From NCBI GenBank assembly GCA_963825345.1, contig CAWGSQ010000008.1, positions 11,063-75,062 on the forward strand: a stretch of DNA of 64,000 nucleotides. Reading direction: 5' to 3'. The stretch comes from an uncultured Thermoleophilaceae bacterium. GTDB taxonomy: Bacteria; Actinomycetota; Thermoleophilia; Solirubrobacterales; Thermoleophilaceae. A program made the position numbers and the translations under genes. Positions 54,726 to 63,640 of the stretch are shown here, in pieces. The notes beneath the pieces are model-generated. The model had not been told where the DNA came from. It did no database searches and was given only the letters and a program-made list of their open reading frames with translations. Within the stretch, counting starts at the first letter, position 1. Each line of letters opens with the position of its first letter.

Positions 54726-57010
54726 CGACGACCGAGACGCGACAGGTCGACGACAAGGTTGGTGCCGCACGACCGCACCGTGAGGGGATCCCCAAGGTGG
54801 CGGGGGAGTTCGAATTCGCGTCGGACCTGCACAGGGACGGCGCGCTGTTCGGCGCGACCCTCCGGAGCCCTCACGCCTCGGCGCGGATTCGTTCCATCGA
54901 CGTGGCCCCGGCGCTGCGGATCCCGGGGGTCCGCTGTGCGCTGACACACGAGGACGTCCCGGGACGATCGACCTACGGGCTCGAGGTTCCCGACCAGCCC
55001 GTGCTTGCGGCGGACCGGGTGCGCTTCCATGGGGAGCCCGTCGCGATCGTCGCCGCCGAGACCGCGGCCCTTGCTCGCCGGGGGATCGCGGCCATCGAGG
55101 TCGACTACGAGCCGCTCGCTGCGATCACCGACCCGGAGGACGCGATCCGGCCCGACGCGCCGGCGCTGCACCCGGAGGGCAACGTGCTGCGGCGCATCGA
55201 GGTGCGCCACGGTCCCGACGCCTGGCTCGCGCGTGACGACCACGTCATCGTCGAGGGCACCTACGAGGTCGGAATGCAGGACCAGGCCTTCCTCGGCCCG
55301 GAAGCGGGACTGGCGGAACCCACACCGGACGGTGGGGTGCGGCTTGAGGTCGCCACGCAGTGGCTGCATGCCGACCGCTCGCAGACGGCCTTCAGCCTCG
55401 GACTCCCCGAGGACAAGGTGCACCTCTCGCTGGCGGGGGTCGGAGGCGCCTTCGGCGGGCGCGAGGACCTATCGGTGCAGGTCCACGCTGCCATGCTCGC
55501 TCTGCGCACCGGGCGCCCGGTCAAGATGACCTACGGGCGGGAGGAGTCGTTCCTCGGCCACGTGCACCGCCACCCAGCACGCCTCGAGTACGTTCACGCC
55601 GCGGACCGCGACGGCCGGCTGCGCTGGGTGCGCGCGCGAATCGTGCTCGACGGCGGGGCGTACGCGTCGAGCTCGCGGGCGGTCTGCCTGAACGCCGCCT
55701 CGACGGCGGTCGGTCCGTACCGGTGTCCCGCCGCACGGGTAGAGGCGGTCCTCGCCTACACGAACAACCCGCCCTGCGGCGCGATGCGAGGGTTCGGCGC
55801 GGTCCAGACCTGCTTCGCCTACGAGGCGCAGATGGACAAGCTCGCGGCAGCGCTCGACCTGAGCCCAATCGAGATGCGGCTGCGCAACGCCGCCGACGAG
55901 CAGGACGTGCTCCCGACCGGGCAGTCCTTTGGCGCTCCGGCACCCGCCGCTCGTCTGCTCACACTGTTGTCGCAGCACCCGCCGCCCGACCTGCCGATCG
56001 GGTCGACGTTCTCGGGGGAGGCCGCGGCCGCTAGCGAGCCTGCGGATCTCCGGCGTGGCGTTGGCTGGGCCGTCGGCTTCAAGAACGTCGGCTTCTCCGC
56101 AGGATTCAACGAGTACTCGACGGCGCGCGTCCGTCTCGACGCCGACACCGAAGACGGCGGCCTCGTCGTGACGATCCACAGCGCCGCGTGCGAGGTGGGT
56201 CAGGGCCTCGTCACCGTCCAAGAGCAGATCGCTCGCACGGAGCTGCCCGCGTCTGCCGTGCACCTTCACACCGCCGACACCGACGTTGGCAACGCCGGTT
56301 CCTCGTCGGCCTCGCGGCAGACCTGGCTGACGGGCGGCGCGGTTCGGGACGCCTGCCTTGCCACGCGCCGCGAGCTCGTCCGCCGCGCGGCCGAGCTGGC
56401 CACGTGCGCCGAGGATGAGGTCAGCCTCGAGCTGGACGGCGTCCGAACCCCGACGTCGGAGCTTCCGTTCAGCGAGGTGATCGGCGCCGATCCGATCGAG
56501 AGCACGGTCGCGTTCCGGCCACCACGGACCGAGCCACTCGACGAAGCTGGCCAGGGAAACGCTCACTTCGCGTTCGCGTTTGCGGCGCACCGGGCCACCG
56601 TGGACGTGGACGTCGGGCTGGGGATCGTCCGAGTCGTCGAGATCGCGACGACCCAGGACGTCGGTCGCGCCATCAACCCTCTGGCCGTCGAGGGTCAGAT
56701 CGTGGGCGGCATCGCGCAGGGAATCGGGCTCGCGCTGATGGAGGAGCTGGTCATGAAGGACGGTCTGCTGCTCAACGGCTCGTTCACCGACTACCTGCTT
56801 CCGACGGCCCTGGATGTGCCGCGCATCCGGATGGAGGTGCTCGAGCTCGGACATCCCGACGCGCCATACGGGCTCAACGGTGTGGGGGAGCCCCCCACAA
56901 TCGCGTCCACGGCGGCGATCGCCGCTGCCGTGCGGGACGCGACTGGCGCCGGCGTCACGCGGGTGCCGATTCGCCCGGAGCACCTGGTCGGCGACGCGCA
57001 GCGCGCTTGA
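54722..57010 (+). CDS. xanthine dehydrogenase family, molybdopterin-binding (large) subunit
   Basis: 762 aa from the GTG at 54722 (GTGA overlap). GGAFGGRED, GCGAMRGFG and GVGEPP motifs. Confidence 0.9.
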   Translation: MTTTETRQVDDKVGAARPHREGIPKVAGEFEFASDLHRDGALFGATLRSPHASARIRSIDVAPALRIPGVRCALTHEDVPGRSTYGLEVPDQPVLAADRVRFHGEPVAIVAAETAALARRGIAAIEVDYEPLAAITDPEDAIRPDAPALHPEGNVLRRIEVRHGPDAWLARDDHVIVEGTYEVGMQDQAFLGPEAGLAEPTPDGGVRLEVATQWLHADRSQTAFSLGLPEDKVHLSLAGVGGAFGGREDLSVQVHAAMLALRTGRPVKMTYGREESFLGHVHRHPARLEYVHAADRDGRLRWVRARIVLDGGAYASSSRAVCLNAASTAVGPYRCPAARVEAVLAYTNNPPCGAMRGFGAVQTCFAYEAQMDKLAAALDLSPIEMRLRNAADEQDVLPTGQSFGAPAPAARLLTLLSQHPPPDLPIGSTFSGEAAAASEPADLRRGVGWAVGFKNVGFSAGFNEYSTARVRLDADTEDGGLVVTIHSAACEVGQGLVTVQEQIARTELPASAVHLHTADTDVGNAGSSSASRQTWLTGGAVRDACLATRRELVRRAAELATCAEDEVSLELDGVRTPTSELPFSEVIGADPIESTVAFRPPRTEPLDEAGQGNAHFAFAFAAHRATVDVDVGLGIVRVVEIATTQDVGRAINPLAVEGQIVGGIAQGIGLALMEELVMKDGLLLNGSFTDYLLPTALDVPRIRMEVLELGHPDAPYGLNGVGEPPTIASTAAIAAAVRDATGAGVTRVPIRPEHLVGDAQRA

Positions 57011-57801
57011 CGGTCACCGGCTTCAACCAGCTCGATCGGGATGCCGCTGTCGAGCTGCTCGTGTCCTGCTGTCCGTCGACCGGGTGGGCGACGAGCGTTG
57101 CCGACGAGCGTCCATTCGACGACCTCGAGGACCTGCTGGGGGCAGCCGAGCGGCTCTGGGCGCTGCGACCAGACCCCGAGCGCCTCGAGGCGATCCAGGC
57201 GCACCCTCCGATCGGAGCCCTCGCCGCCGCCAGCGCGCGCGAACGTGACGAGCAGGCGGGAGCCGTGCAGGCCGACCTGTCGACGCGCGAAGCACTCGCC
57301 GCGCTCAACCAGGACTATGGGGAGCGCTTCGGGTTCGTCTTCCTCACGGACGCGAGCGGTCGCGAGGCCACGGACATGCTCGCCGAACTGCGCACGCGGT
57401 TGGCCAACACTGCTGAGCAGGAGCGGGCGAACGCCGAAGAGCAACAGTGGCGCATCATGCGCCGCCGGCTGCGGCGTGCGATCATCGGAGCCGCGCCCTT
57501 GCTCGTTTCCACTCACGTTCTCGACACCGCCGCAGGGGCGCCGGCCGCCGGCGTCAAGGTCACGATCAGCCAGTCGGACGACCTGCACGAGTGGACTGAG
57601 GTCGACACCCGCACCACCGATGCGTCGGGGCGCGTCGAGGGCGTCGAGGTTGCCGGCAGCGGCTGGGTCCGCCTGAGCTTCGCCATTACCGGCGAGTTCT
57701 TCGGCGACATCGTCGTCACCTTTGCCGCCGGCGACCGCCAGCGGGCACACGTCCCGCTGCTGCTGGCGCCCTACGGCTACTCGACCTATCTCGGCACGTG
57801 A
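57007..57801 (+). CDS. fused OHCU decarboxylase / 5-hydroxyisourate hydrolase
   Basis: The N-terminal half has AHPPIG...DYGERFGFVFL (UraD-like). The C-terminal half has STHVLDTAAGAPAAGVKV...HVPLLLAPYGYSTYLGT (transthyretin-like HIUase). TTG start overlaps the upstream stop (TTGA). Confidence 0.8.
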   Translation: MTVTGFNQLDRDAAVELLVSCCPSTGWATSVADERPFDDLEDLLGAAERLWALRPDPERLEAIQAHPPIGALAAASARERDEQAGAVQADLSTREALAALNQDYGERFGFVFLTDASGREATDMLAELRTRLANTAEQERANAEEQQWRIMRRRLRRAIIGAAPLLVSTHVLDTAAGAPAAGVKVTISQSDDLHEWTEVDTRTTDASGRVEGVEVAGSGWVRLSFAITGEFFGDIVVTFAAGDRQRAHVPLLLAPYGYSTYLGT

Positions 57802-58667
57802 CTCTCGGGCGCAACAGCTACGGCAAGGCGGAGATCCACCTCGTGCATCTCGATCGAACCCACGAGCAACACCGCGTGACGGACCTGACCGTCACGGTGG
57901 ATCTCCAGGGCGACTTCGAAGCCACGCATCTCGAGGGCGACAACACGGGCGTCGTGGCGACCGACAGCCAGAAGAACATCGTGTACGGGCTCGCGCGCTC
58001 CGAGCCGCCCGGGGCGCCGGAGAGCTTCGCGCTGCGCGTGGCTGGCTTTTTGGTCGACGAGTACGAGTCCGTCGATCGCGCACGGGTGGATGTCGAGGCC
58101 GCGACGTGGGCGCCGCTCCAGACGGACGCGTTCCGGCGCGACGGCGGCTCAGTACGAACGGCGACCGGCGTGGTCACCGCCGAGGGAGAGCGGCACGTCC
58201 TGGGTGGCCTCCGTGGCCTGGCGCTCCTCAAGTCGGCCAATTCGGCGTTCACCGGGTTCCTGCGTGACCGCTGGACGACGCTCCCGGAGACCGACGACCG
58301 CATCCTTGCCTCGTCCGTGGGGGCCGGCTGGCGGTTCTCGTCCCTGGAGGTCGACTTCGACGAGCAGCATCAGCGCGCGACAGATGCCATCTCCGAGGCC
58401 TTTGCACGCCACCACTCGGAGTCGTTGCAGCAGACCCTGTACGAGATGGGCGAGGCACTCCTGAACGCCTGCCCGGCGGTCGCCGAGGTCCGCCTCTCGA
58501 TGCCCAACCTCCATCACCTGCTCGTCGACCTGTCCGGGGTCGGCCTCGACAACCCGAATGTTGTCTTCCATGCCGACGACCGTCCCTACGGATTGATCGA
58601 GGGCGTACTTGCGCGGCCGGGCGCGCCACCCGCAGAGTCGGCCTGGCAGGGACCACTGCTCACGTGA
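57798..58667 (+). CDS. uox: urate oxidase (cofactor-independent uricase)
   Basis: YGKAEIHLVHL, VVATDSQKN, ALLKSANSAFTGF, ESLQQTLY and PNLHH are uricase T-fold motifs. GTGA overlap. Confidence 0.85.
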   Translation: MTLGRNSYGKAEIHLVHLDRTHEQHRVTDLTVTVDLQGDFEATHLEGDNTGVVATDSQKNIVYGLARSEPPGAPESFALRVAGFLVDEYESVDRARVDVEAATWAPLQTDAFRRDGGSVRTATGVVTAEGERHVLGGLRGLALLKSANSAFTGFLRDRWTTLPETDDRILASSVGAGWRFSSLEVDFDEQHQRATDAISEAFARHHSESLQQTLYEMGEALLNACPAVAEVRLSMPNLHHLLVDLSGVGLDNPNVVFHADDRPYGLIEGVLARPGAPPAESAWQGPLLT

Positions 58668-59896
58668 GTCGTCTGAACGAGCGGATTGCGCGTCTTGCGC
58701 GCATCAGCGCCACACCGCCGGATCAGGGCATCACGCGCGAGAGCTACACCGAGCTCTACGAAGAAGCTCTCAGGCTGGTCGAGGGATGGATGGCGGATGC
58801 GGGTCTCAGCACGCGTCGCGACGCGGCCGGGAATACATTTGGTCGTCTCGAGGGCAGCAGCTCTGGCGGGCCGTGTCTGCTTGTCGGCTCCCACCTCGAC
58901 ACCACGCTCAACGCCGGTCCGCTCGATGGGGTCTACGGCGTACTCGCCGCGATCGAGGCCGTCGATCGCCTGCGCGGTTCGGGCAGCCCGCCGGGCCGCT
59001 CGGTCGAGGTCATCGCGATGACCGCCGAGGAGCCGCGCTTCGCGACCGGATGCCTCGGCTCTCGGGCGCTTGTCGGCGACATGAGCGCCGACGTCGCCCG
59101 GCGCCTGACCGACCGAGACGGGATCACGCTCGCCGAGGCCATGCACGGGCTCTCGATGGATCCCGAGCGTCTTCCCGAGGCCTGCCTCCCAGAGGGGTAC
59201 GCCGACCTCTTCGTGGAGCTCCACATCGAGCAGGGCGCGGTGCTCGAGCAGCGGGGCTCCCGTCTGGGAATCGTCAACGCGATTGCCGCTCCGCACGACC
59301 TGCGCCTCACCGCCACGGGCACGGCGGCCCACGCCGGCACGACGCCGATGGGGCTCCGGCGCGACGCGTTCCTCGGGGCAGCTGAGATCGCGTTGGCCGT
59401 TGAGGCCGCCGCGCTGGCGAGCAGGACGGGAAGAACCGTGGGGACCGTTGGCGCGGTGAGCGTCCGTCCGGGCGCCAACAACATCGTGCCCGGCCACGTC
59501 GAGATCGAGGTGGACATCCGGGACACGGAACTGGATCCGCGCGAGGCCGTCGTCGCCGAGGTGCTCTCGACCGCCGAGTCGGTGTGCGCGCGACGCGGTC
59601 TCGAGCTCGATGTCACGACGATCGCCGAGGATACGCCGGTGAGCTGCTCCGAGACCGTGCAGAGAGCCGCGACCGAGGCCTGCGTGGAATCCGGCATCGA
59701 GGGACACGTCATGGCGAGCGGCGCCTATCACGATGCCATGGTGCTGGCGCGGAAGATGCCCGTGGGCATGCTGTTCGTGCCGAGCGTGGGGGGCGTCTCC
59801 CACCACCCCGACGAGTACACGGACCCGGCGGACCTCGACCTCGGTGTGGACGTGCTCGCCGGCACGCTGCGGCGGCTTGCGGAGCCGGCATCGTGA
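58664..59896 (+). CDS. allC: M20-family amidohydrolase, allantoate amidohydrolase-like
   Basis: GITRESYT...AGNTFGR...VGSHLDT...GPLDGVYGVLAAIEA...HIEQG...HAGTTPM. GTGA overlap. Whether this copy or the one at 60618 is AAH or UAH cannot be told from sequence alone. Confidence 0.7.
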   Translation: MSRLNERIARLARISATPPDQGITRESYTELYEEALRLVEGWMADAGLSTRRDAAGNTFGRLEGSSSGGPCLLVGSHLDTTLNAGPLDGVYGVLAAIEAVDRLRGSGSPPGRSVEVIAMTAEEPRFATGCLGSRALVGDMSADVARRLTDRDGITLAEAMHGLSMDPERLPEACLPEGYADLFVELHIEQGAVLEQRGSRLGIVNAIAAPHDLRLTATGTAAHAGTTPMGLRRDAFLGAAEIALAVEAAALASRTGRTVGTVGAVSVRPGANNIVPGHVEIEVDIRDTELDPREAVVAEVLSTAESVCARRGLELDVTTIAEDTPVSCSETVQRAATEACVESGIEGHVMASGAYHDAMVLARKMPVGMLFVPSVGGVSHHPDEYTDPADLDLGVDVLAGTLRRLAEPAS

Positions 59897-60621
59897 GCGA
59901 CCGCGGACACCGGGGCCACGGATACCTGCTCATGACGCCGGCGAACCGGTACGCCAGCCAGGTGGCTTGGCTGCCGGACGCGCTCGTCTACAAGCTCGTC
60001 AGCCCTCGGCTCGAGCCGGCGGCGTTCTCCCAGCAGCTGATCTGCCTCGACCAAGCGCCTCGAGCTCCGGCCGTCCTCCCATCGAGCTGCGAGCAGTTCA
60101 TCTACGTGCTGTCGGGCGAGCTACGAGCGAGCGTCGACGGTGCCCCGCGCGACCTGTCGGCTGGGAGCTTCGAGTACTGCCCCGTCGGCAGCGAGCTCGC
60201 GCTGGTGGACGCGACGGCCGCCCGAGTGATCCGGCTTCACCGCGAGTGGACTCCGCTCGCCGGCGGTGGTCGGCCAGGGCCCAGGAGCGGCTACAGGGAC
60301 GAATGCGAGCCGAGCGAGACGGGCGTACCCGGCCTGGTTCGCCTTGAGCTGTTGCCCACCGACGACCCGTCCTTCGACTTCACTATGAGCATCATGCGCT
60401 TCGCGCCCGACGCCGCCCTCAACCAGGTCGAGATTCACGACGAGGAGCACGGGTTGTACATGCTCGAGGGCGGGGGACAGTACCTCCTTGGGAGCGACTG
60501 GCACACCGTCACGGCCGAGGATTTCATCTACATGGCGCCCTACTGCCCGCAGACCTTTGTCGCCGGCGCAGACGGCGGCGAGTACCTGCTGTACAAGGAC
60601 ATCTACCGAGAGCTCCCTTGA
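59893..60621 (+). CDS. allE: bicupin (S)-ureidoglycine aminohydrolase-like protein
   Basis: 242 aa from the GTG at 59893 (GTGA overlap). Two cupin halves. The C-terminal HDEEHGLYMLEGGGQYLL...DFIYMAPYCPQ matches the UGlyAH/YlbA pattern. Confidence 0.7.
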   Translation: MSDRGHRGHGYLLMTPANRYASQVAWLPDALVYKLVSPRLEPAAFSQQLICLDQAPRAPAVLPSSCEQFIYVLSGELRASVDGAPRDLSAGSFEYCPVGSELALVDATAARVIRLHREWTPLAGGGRPGPRSGYRDECEPSETGVPGLVRLELLPTDDPSFDFTMSIMRFAPDAALNQVEIHDEEHGLYMLEGGGQYLLGSDWHTVTAEDFIYMAPYCPQTFVAGADGGEYLLYKDIYRELP

Positions 60622-61874
60622 GCGGGACGCGGGATCCACTGGAGCGTCGGGCGCAGCGCCTGGTGGATCGCGCCGGCGAGCTCGCCGCGATCACGTCGCG
60701 TCCGAGTGGATGCACCAGGCTCGCGTTCTCCGCGGAACTCGCCGCGGCGCTTGACCTGTTTCGAGGGTGGCTCGAGCCGGTGGGCCTGCGCTGCGAGATG
60801 GATGCTGCCGGGAACCTGTCCGCCGTCCTTCCCGGCACCGACCCTCAAAGCCCCAGGTTGTTACTCGGGTCACACCTGGACACCGTCCTCGACGGGGGGA
60901 GATGGGACGGCGCGCTGGGAGTGCTCGTCGCCGCGGACTGCGTGGAGCTGCTCGCCGAAGCCTCCAGACCGCCCGTCTGCGATGTCGAGATCCTCGTCTT
61001 CGCTGACGAGGAGGGAGTTCGTTTCGGAACCGGGTGCTTCGGCAGCCGCGCGCTTGCCGGTCGGGTGCCTGCGAGCGAGCTTCGGCGGGTCGATGCGGAC
61101 GGCGTGAGCCTCCAGGAAGCGCTCGACGGCCACACCCGCGCGCGCGACGCGCTCGAGTCCGCTACGCGGGACCCGCGAACTCTGGGGGCGTTTCTGGAGA
61201 TCCACATCGAGCAGGGGCGCGCCCTCGAGCAGCTTGGCCTGCCGATCGGCGTGGTGTCGGCGATCGCGGGGAACACGCGCGCGGAGCTGCGCTTCGACGG
61301 CGTGTCGGGGCACGCCGGCACGGTGCCGATGGGTGAGCGGCACGACGCCCTGGCCGCGGCGGCGGCGTGGACCGTCGAGGTCGAGCGGCGCGTATCCGAA
61401 GAGCCCGAGCTGGTCGGCACCGTGGGAGCGCTGTCGGCGCTGCCGGGACAGGTGAACGTGATCGCCGGGAGCGCCAGGGCGACCCTCGACGTGCGTGGCC
61501 CGGACGATGACCGGCGGCGCCGGGTCGTCGAGCAACTGCGCCGGGACTCTGAGCACCATGCCGACCTGCGAGGAGCTCGGGTGGCGTGGACAGAGACGCT
61601 CGACCAGCCCGCGACGCCGATGGATCCCCGACTGATCGATGATGCGCGGAGTGCGCTCGCGCGATCTGGTCAGGAACCGCCGGTGCTCGTGAGCGGGGCA
61701 GGGCACGACGCCGCCGTGATGGCCTCGCTGTGCCCAACGTTGCTGCTGTTCGTCAGGTGCCGGGAGGGCCTGAGCCACCATCCCGACGAGCATGTGGCGC
61801 CGGAGGACGTTCGCAGCGCGCTCGAGGCGACGGACATCGTGCTTGAGGAGTGGCTCGCGCGGTGGCCGTGGTGA
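60618..61874 (+). CDS. second M20-family amidohydrolase (ureidoglycolate amidohydrolase or allantoate amidohydrolase paralog)
   Basis: Same motif set as 58664-59896 (GSHLDT, GRWDGALGVLVA, HIEQG, HAGTVPM). TTGA overlap. Confidence 0.7.
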   Translation: MSGTRDPLERRAQRLVDRAGELAAITSRPSGCTRLAFSAELAAALDLFRGWLEPVGLRCEMDAAGNLSAVLPGTDPQSPRLLLGSHLDTVLDGGRWDGALGVLVAADCVELLAEASRPPVCDVEILVFADEEGVRFGTGCFGSRALAGRVPASELRRVDADGVSLQEALDGHTRARDALESATRDPRTLGAFLEIHIEQGRALEQLGLPIGVVSAIAGNTRAELRFDGVSGHAGTVPMGERHDALAAAAAWTVEVERRVSEEPELVGTVGALSALPGQVNVIAGSARATLDVRGPDDDRRRRVVEQLRRDSEHHADLRGARVAWTETLDQPATPMDPRLIDDARSALARSGQEPPVLVSGAGHDAAVMASLCPTLLLFVRCREGLSHHPDEHVAPEDVRSALEATDIVLEEWLARWPW

Positions 61875-63580
61875 CGGATCGGCAGCACCTCCTCGCCGTG
61901 GCTCGCGGCGACCAACCCGCCGACCTGGTGGTGAAGGGCGCGCGCGTGTTCAGCGTCTTCACGCGCGAGTGGCTCGACGGCGACATCGCCGTGGCGGACG
62001 GGCGGTTTGCCGGTATCGGAAGCTACGACGGCGAGGAGACCCTGGACGCGCGGGGGAGCATGCTGGTGCCGGGGTTCATCGATGCCCACGTCCACATCGA
62101 GTCCTCGATGCTGACGCTCGAACGCTTCGCGGAGGTCGTGCTCGCCACGGGCACAACGACCATCGTTGCCGACCCTCACGAGCTGGCCAACGTTGTCGGG
62201 AGCAAGGGTGTGCACTGGCTCCTCGACGCGGCCGAGCAGGTCCCGTTGAACGTGTTCGTCATGGCGCCCTCGTGCGTGCCGGCGAGCCGATTCGAGTCTC
62301 CGCGGGGGCCGCTGGACCTTGAGGAGATGGAGGGCATCCTGCGGCGAGAGGGAGCCCTGGGCGTGGCGGAGATGATGGACTTCCCGGCCGTCATCGCGGG
62401 CGACGCCTCTGCGCTCGGGAAGATCGGTGCCAGCGGCGCCAGTCACGTCGACGGCCACGCGCCGGGCGTCAGCGGACACGCGTTGAATGCCTACCTCGCC
62501 GCGGGCATCAGCTCGGACCACGAGGCGACCACCCTCGAGGAGGCCCTCGAGAAGCGCCGGAACGGCGCCTGGATTCTCATCCGCGAGGCGTCGAATGCCC
62601 GCAACCTCGAGGCACTTCTGCCGATGGTGCGGCGCTACGGCCCGGAGCGGTGCGCCTTCTGCACGGACGATCGCGAGGCAGACGTGCTCTTCGACGAAGG
62701 CAGCATCGACGGCATGTGCCGCACGGCTGTGCAGGCCGGCCTCGCCGTCGAGGAAGCCCTGGTGCTGGCGAGCCACAACGGGGCTCTCTGCCACGGGCTC
62801 GATGACGTGGGCGCCATCGCACCCGGCTACCGCGCCGATTTCGCCCTTCTCCCCGACGCCACGTTCCGGCCCTCGCGGGTCTACAAGGATGGCTGCGTTG
62901 TCGCGATCGACGGCGAGGCCCTTCCGATCGCCACCCCCACGCTGCCCGAGTGGATCGCGGACACGGTCCACATCGGTCCACTGACGGCGTCCGACTTCGC
63001 GATCCCCGCCAGCGGTGCCGTGCGGGTGATCGAGCTCGTGCCCGACCAGCTGCTCACCGGCTCGAGCACCGAACAGCCACGGATGAGCGAAGGCCAGGCA
63101 ATGGCCGATCCGGGCAGGGATCTCGCCAAGATCGCGGTGGTCGAGCGCCACCACGCGACCGGGCGGATCGGGAAGGGATTCGTCCGCGGGTTCGGGCTCC
63201 GCGAGGGCGCATTCGCGTCGACGGTCTCACACGACGCCCACAACATCATCGTCGTCGGAGTCTCCGACGGCGACATGGAGGTGTGCGTCCGCCGGCTGGC
63301 CGAGATCGGTGGCGGAATCGCGGTGGCTCGTGCCGGCACGATTCTCGGCGAGCTGCCGCTTCCGGTCGCCGGACTGATGTCGGATCAACCGGGCTCCGCC
63401 GTGGCAGCGGTGCTGCGGGACCTGCGTGCCGCCACCAGCTCGCTCGGCGTCACCGTCCGAGCTCCTTTCATGACGCTCAGCTTCCTCGGCCTGTCGGTGA
63501 TCCCGTCGCTCAAGATCACCGATCGCGGGCTGATCGACGTCGACCGGTTCGAGGTCGTCCCGCTCGAGGTTGACGGGTGA
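61850..63580 (+). CDS. ade: adenine deaminase
   Basis: PGFIDAHVHIESSM, ADPHE, DGHAPG and SSDHE motifs. About 570 aa. The more likely start is the GTG at 61871, which overlaps the upstream stop (GTGA). Confidence 0.85.
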   Translation: MARAVAVVTDRQHLLAVARGDQPADLVVKGARVFSVFTREWLDGDIAVADGRFAGIGSYDGEETLDARGSMLVPGFIDAHVHIESSMLTLERFAEVVLATGTTTIVADPHELANVVGSKGVHWLLDAAEQVPLNVFVMAPSCVPASRFESPRGPLDLEEMEGILRREGALGVAEMMDFPAVIAGDASALGKIGASGASHVDGHAPGVSGHALNAYLAAGISSDHEATTLEEALEKRRNGAWILIREASNARNLEALLPMVRRYGPERCAFCTDDREADVLFDEGSIDGMCRTAVQAGLAVEEALVLASHNGALCHGLDDVGAIAPGYRADFALLPDATFRPSRVYKDGCVVAIDGEALPIATPTLPEWIADTVHIGPLTASDFAIPASGAVRVIELVPDQLLTGSSTEQPRMSEGQAMADPGRDLAKIAVVERHHATGRIGKGFVRGFGLREGAFASTVSHDAHNIIVVGVSDGDMEVCVRRLAEIGGGIAVARAGTILGELPLPVAGLMSDQPGSAVAAVLRDLRAATSSLGVTVRAPFMTLSFLGLSVIPSLKITDRGLIDVDRFEVVPLEVDG

Positions 63581-63599
63581 CCGCGCGGCGAACAGCGGC

Positions 63600-63633
63600 G
63601 GCGGCGGGCAAGGCCGGAGCCTCACCCGCCGCC
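63600..63633. terminator. GC hairpin between convergent genes
   Basis: GGCGGCGGG-(16 nt)-CCCGCCGCC, a perfect 9-bp stem, located between the ade stop (63580) and the stop of the minus-strand gene (63641). Confidence 0.4.
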
Positions 63634-63640
63634 TGCATCG

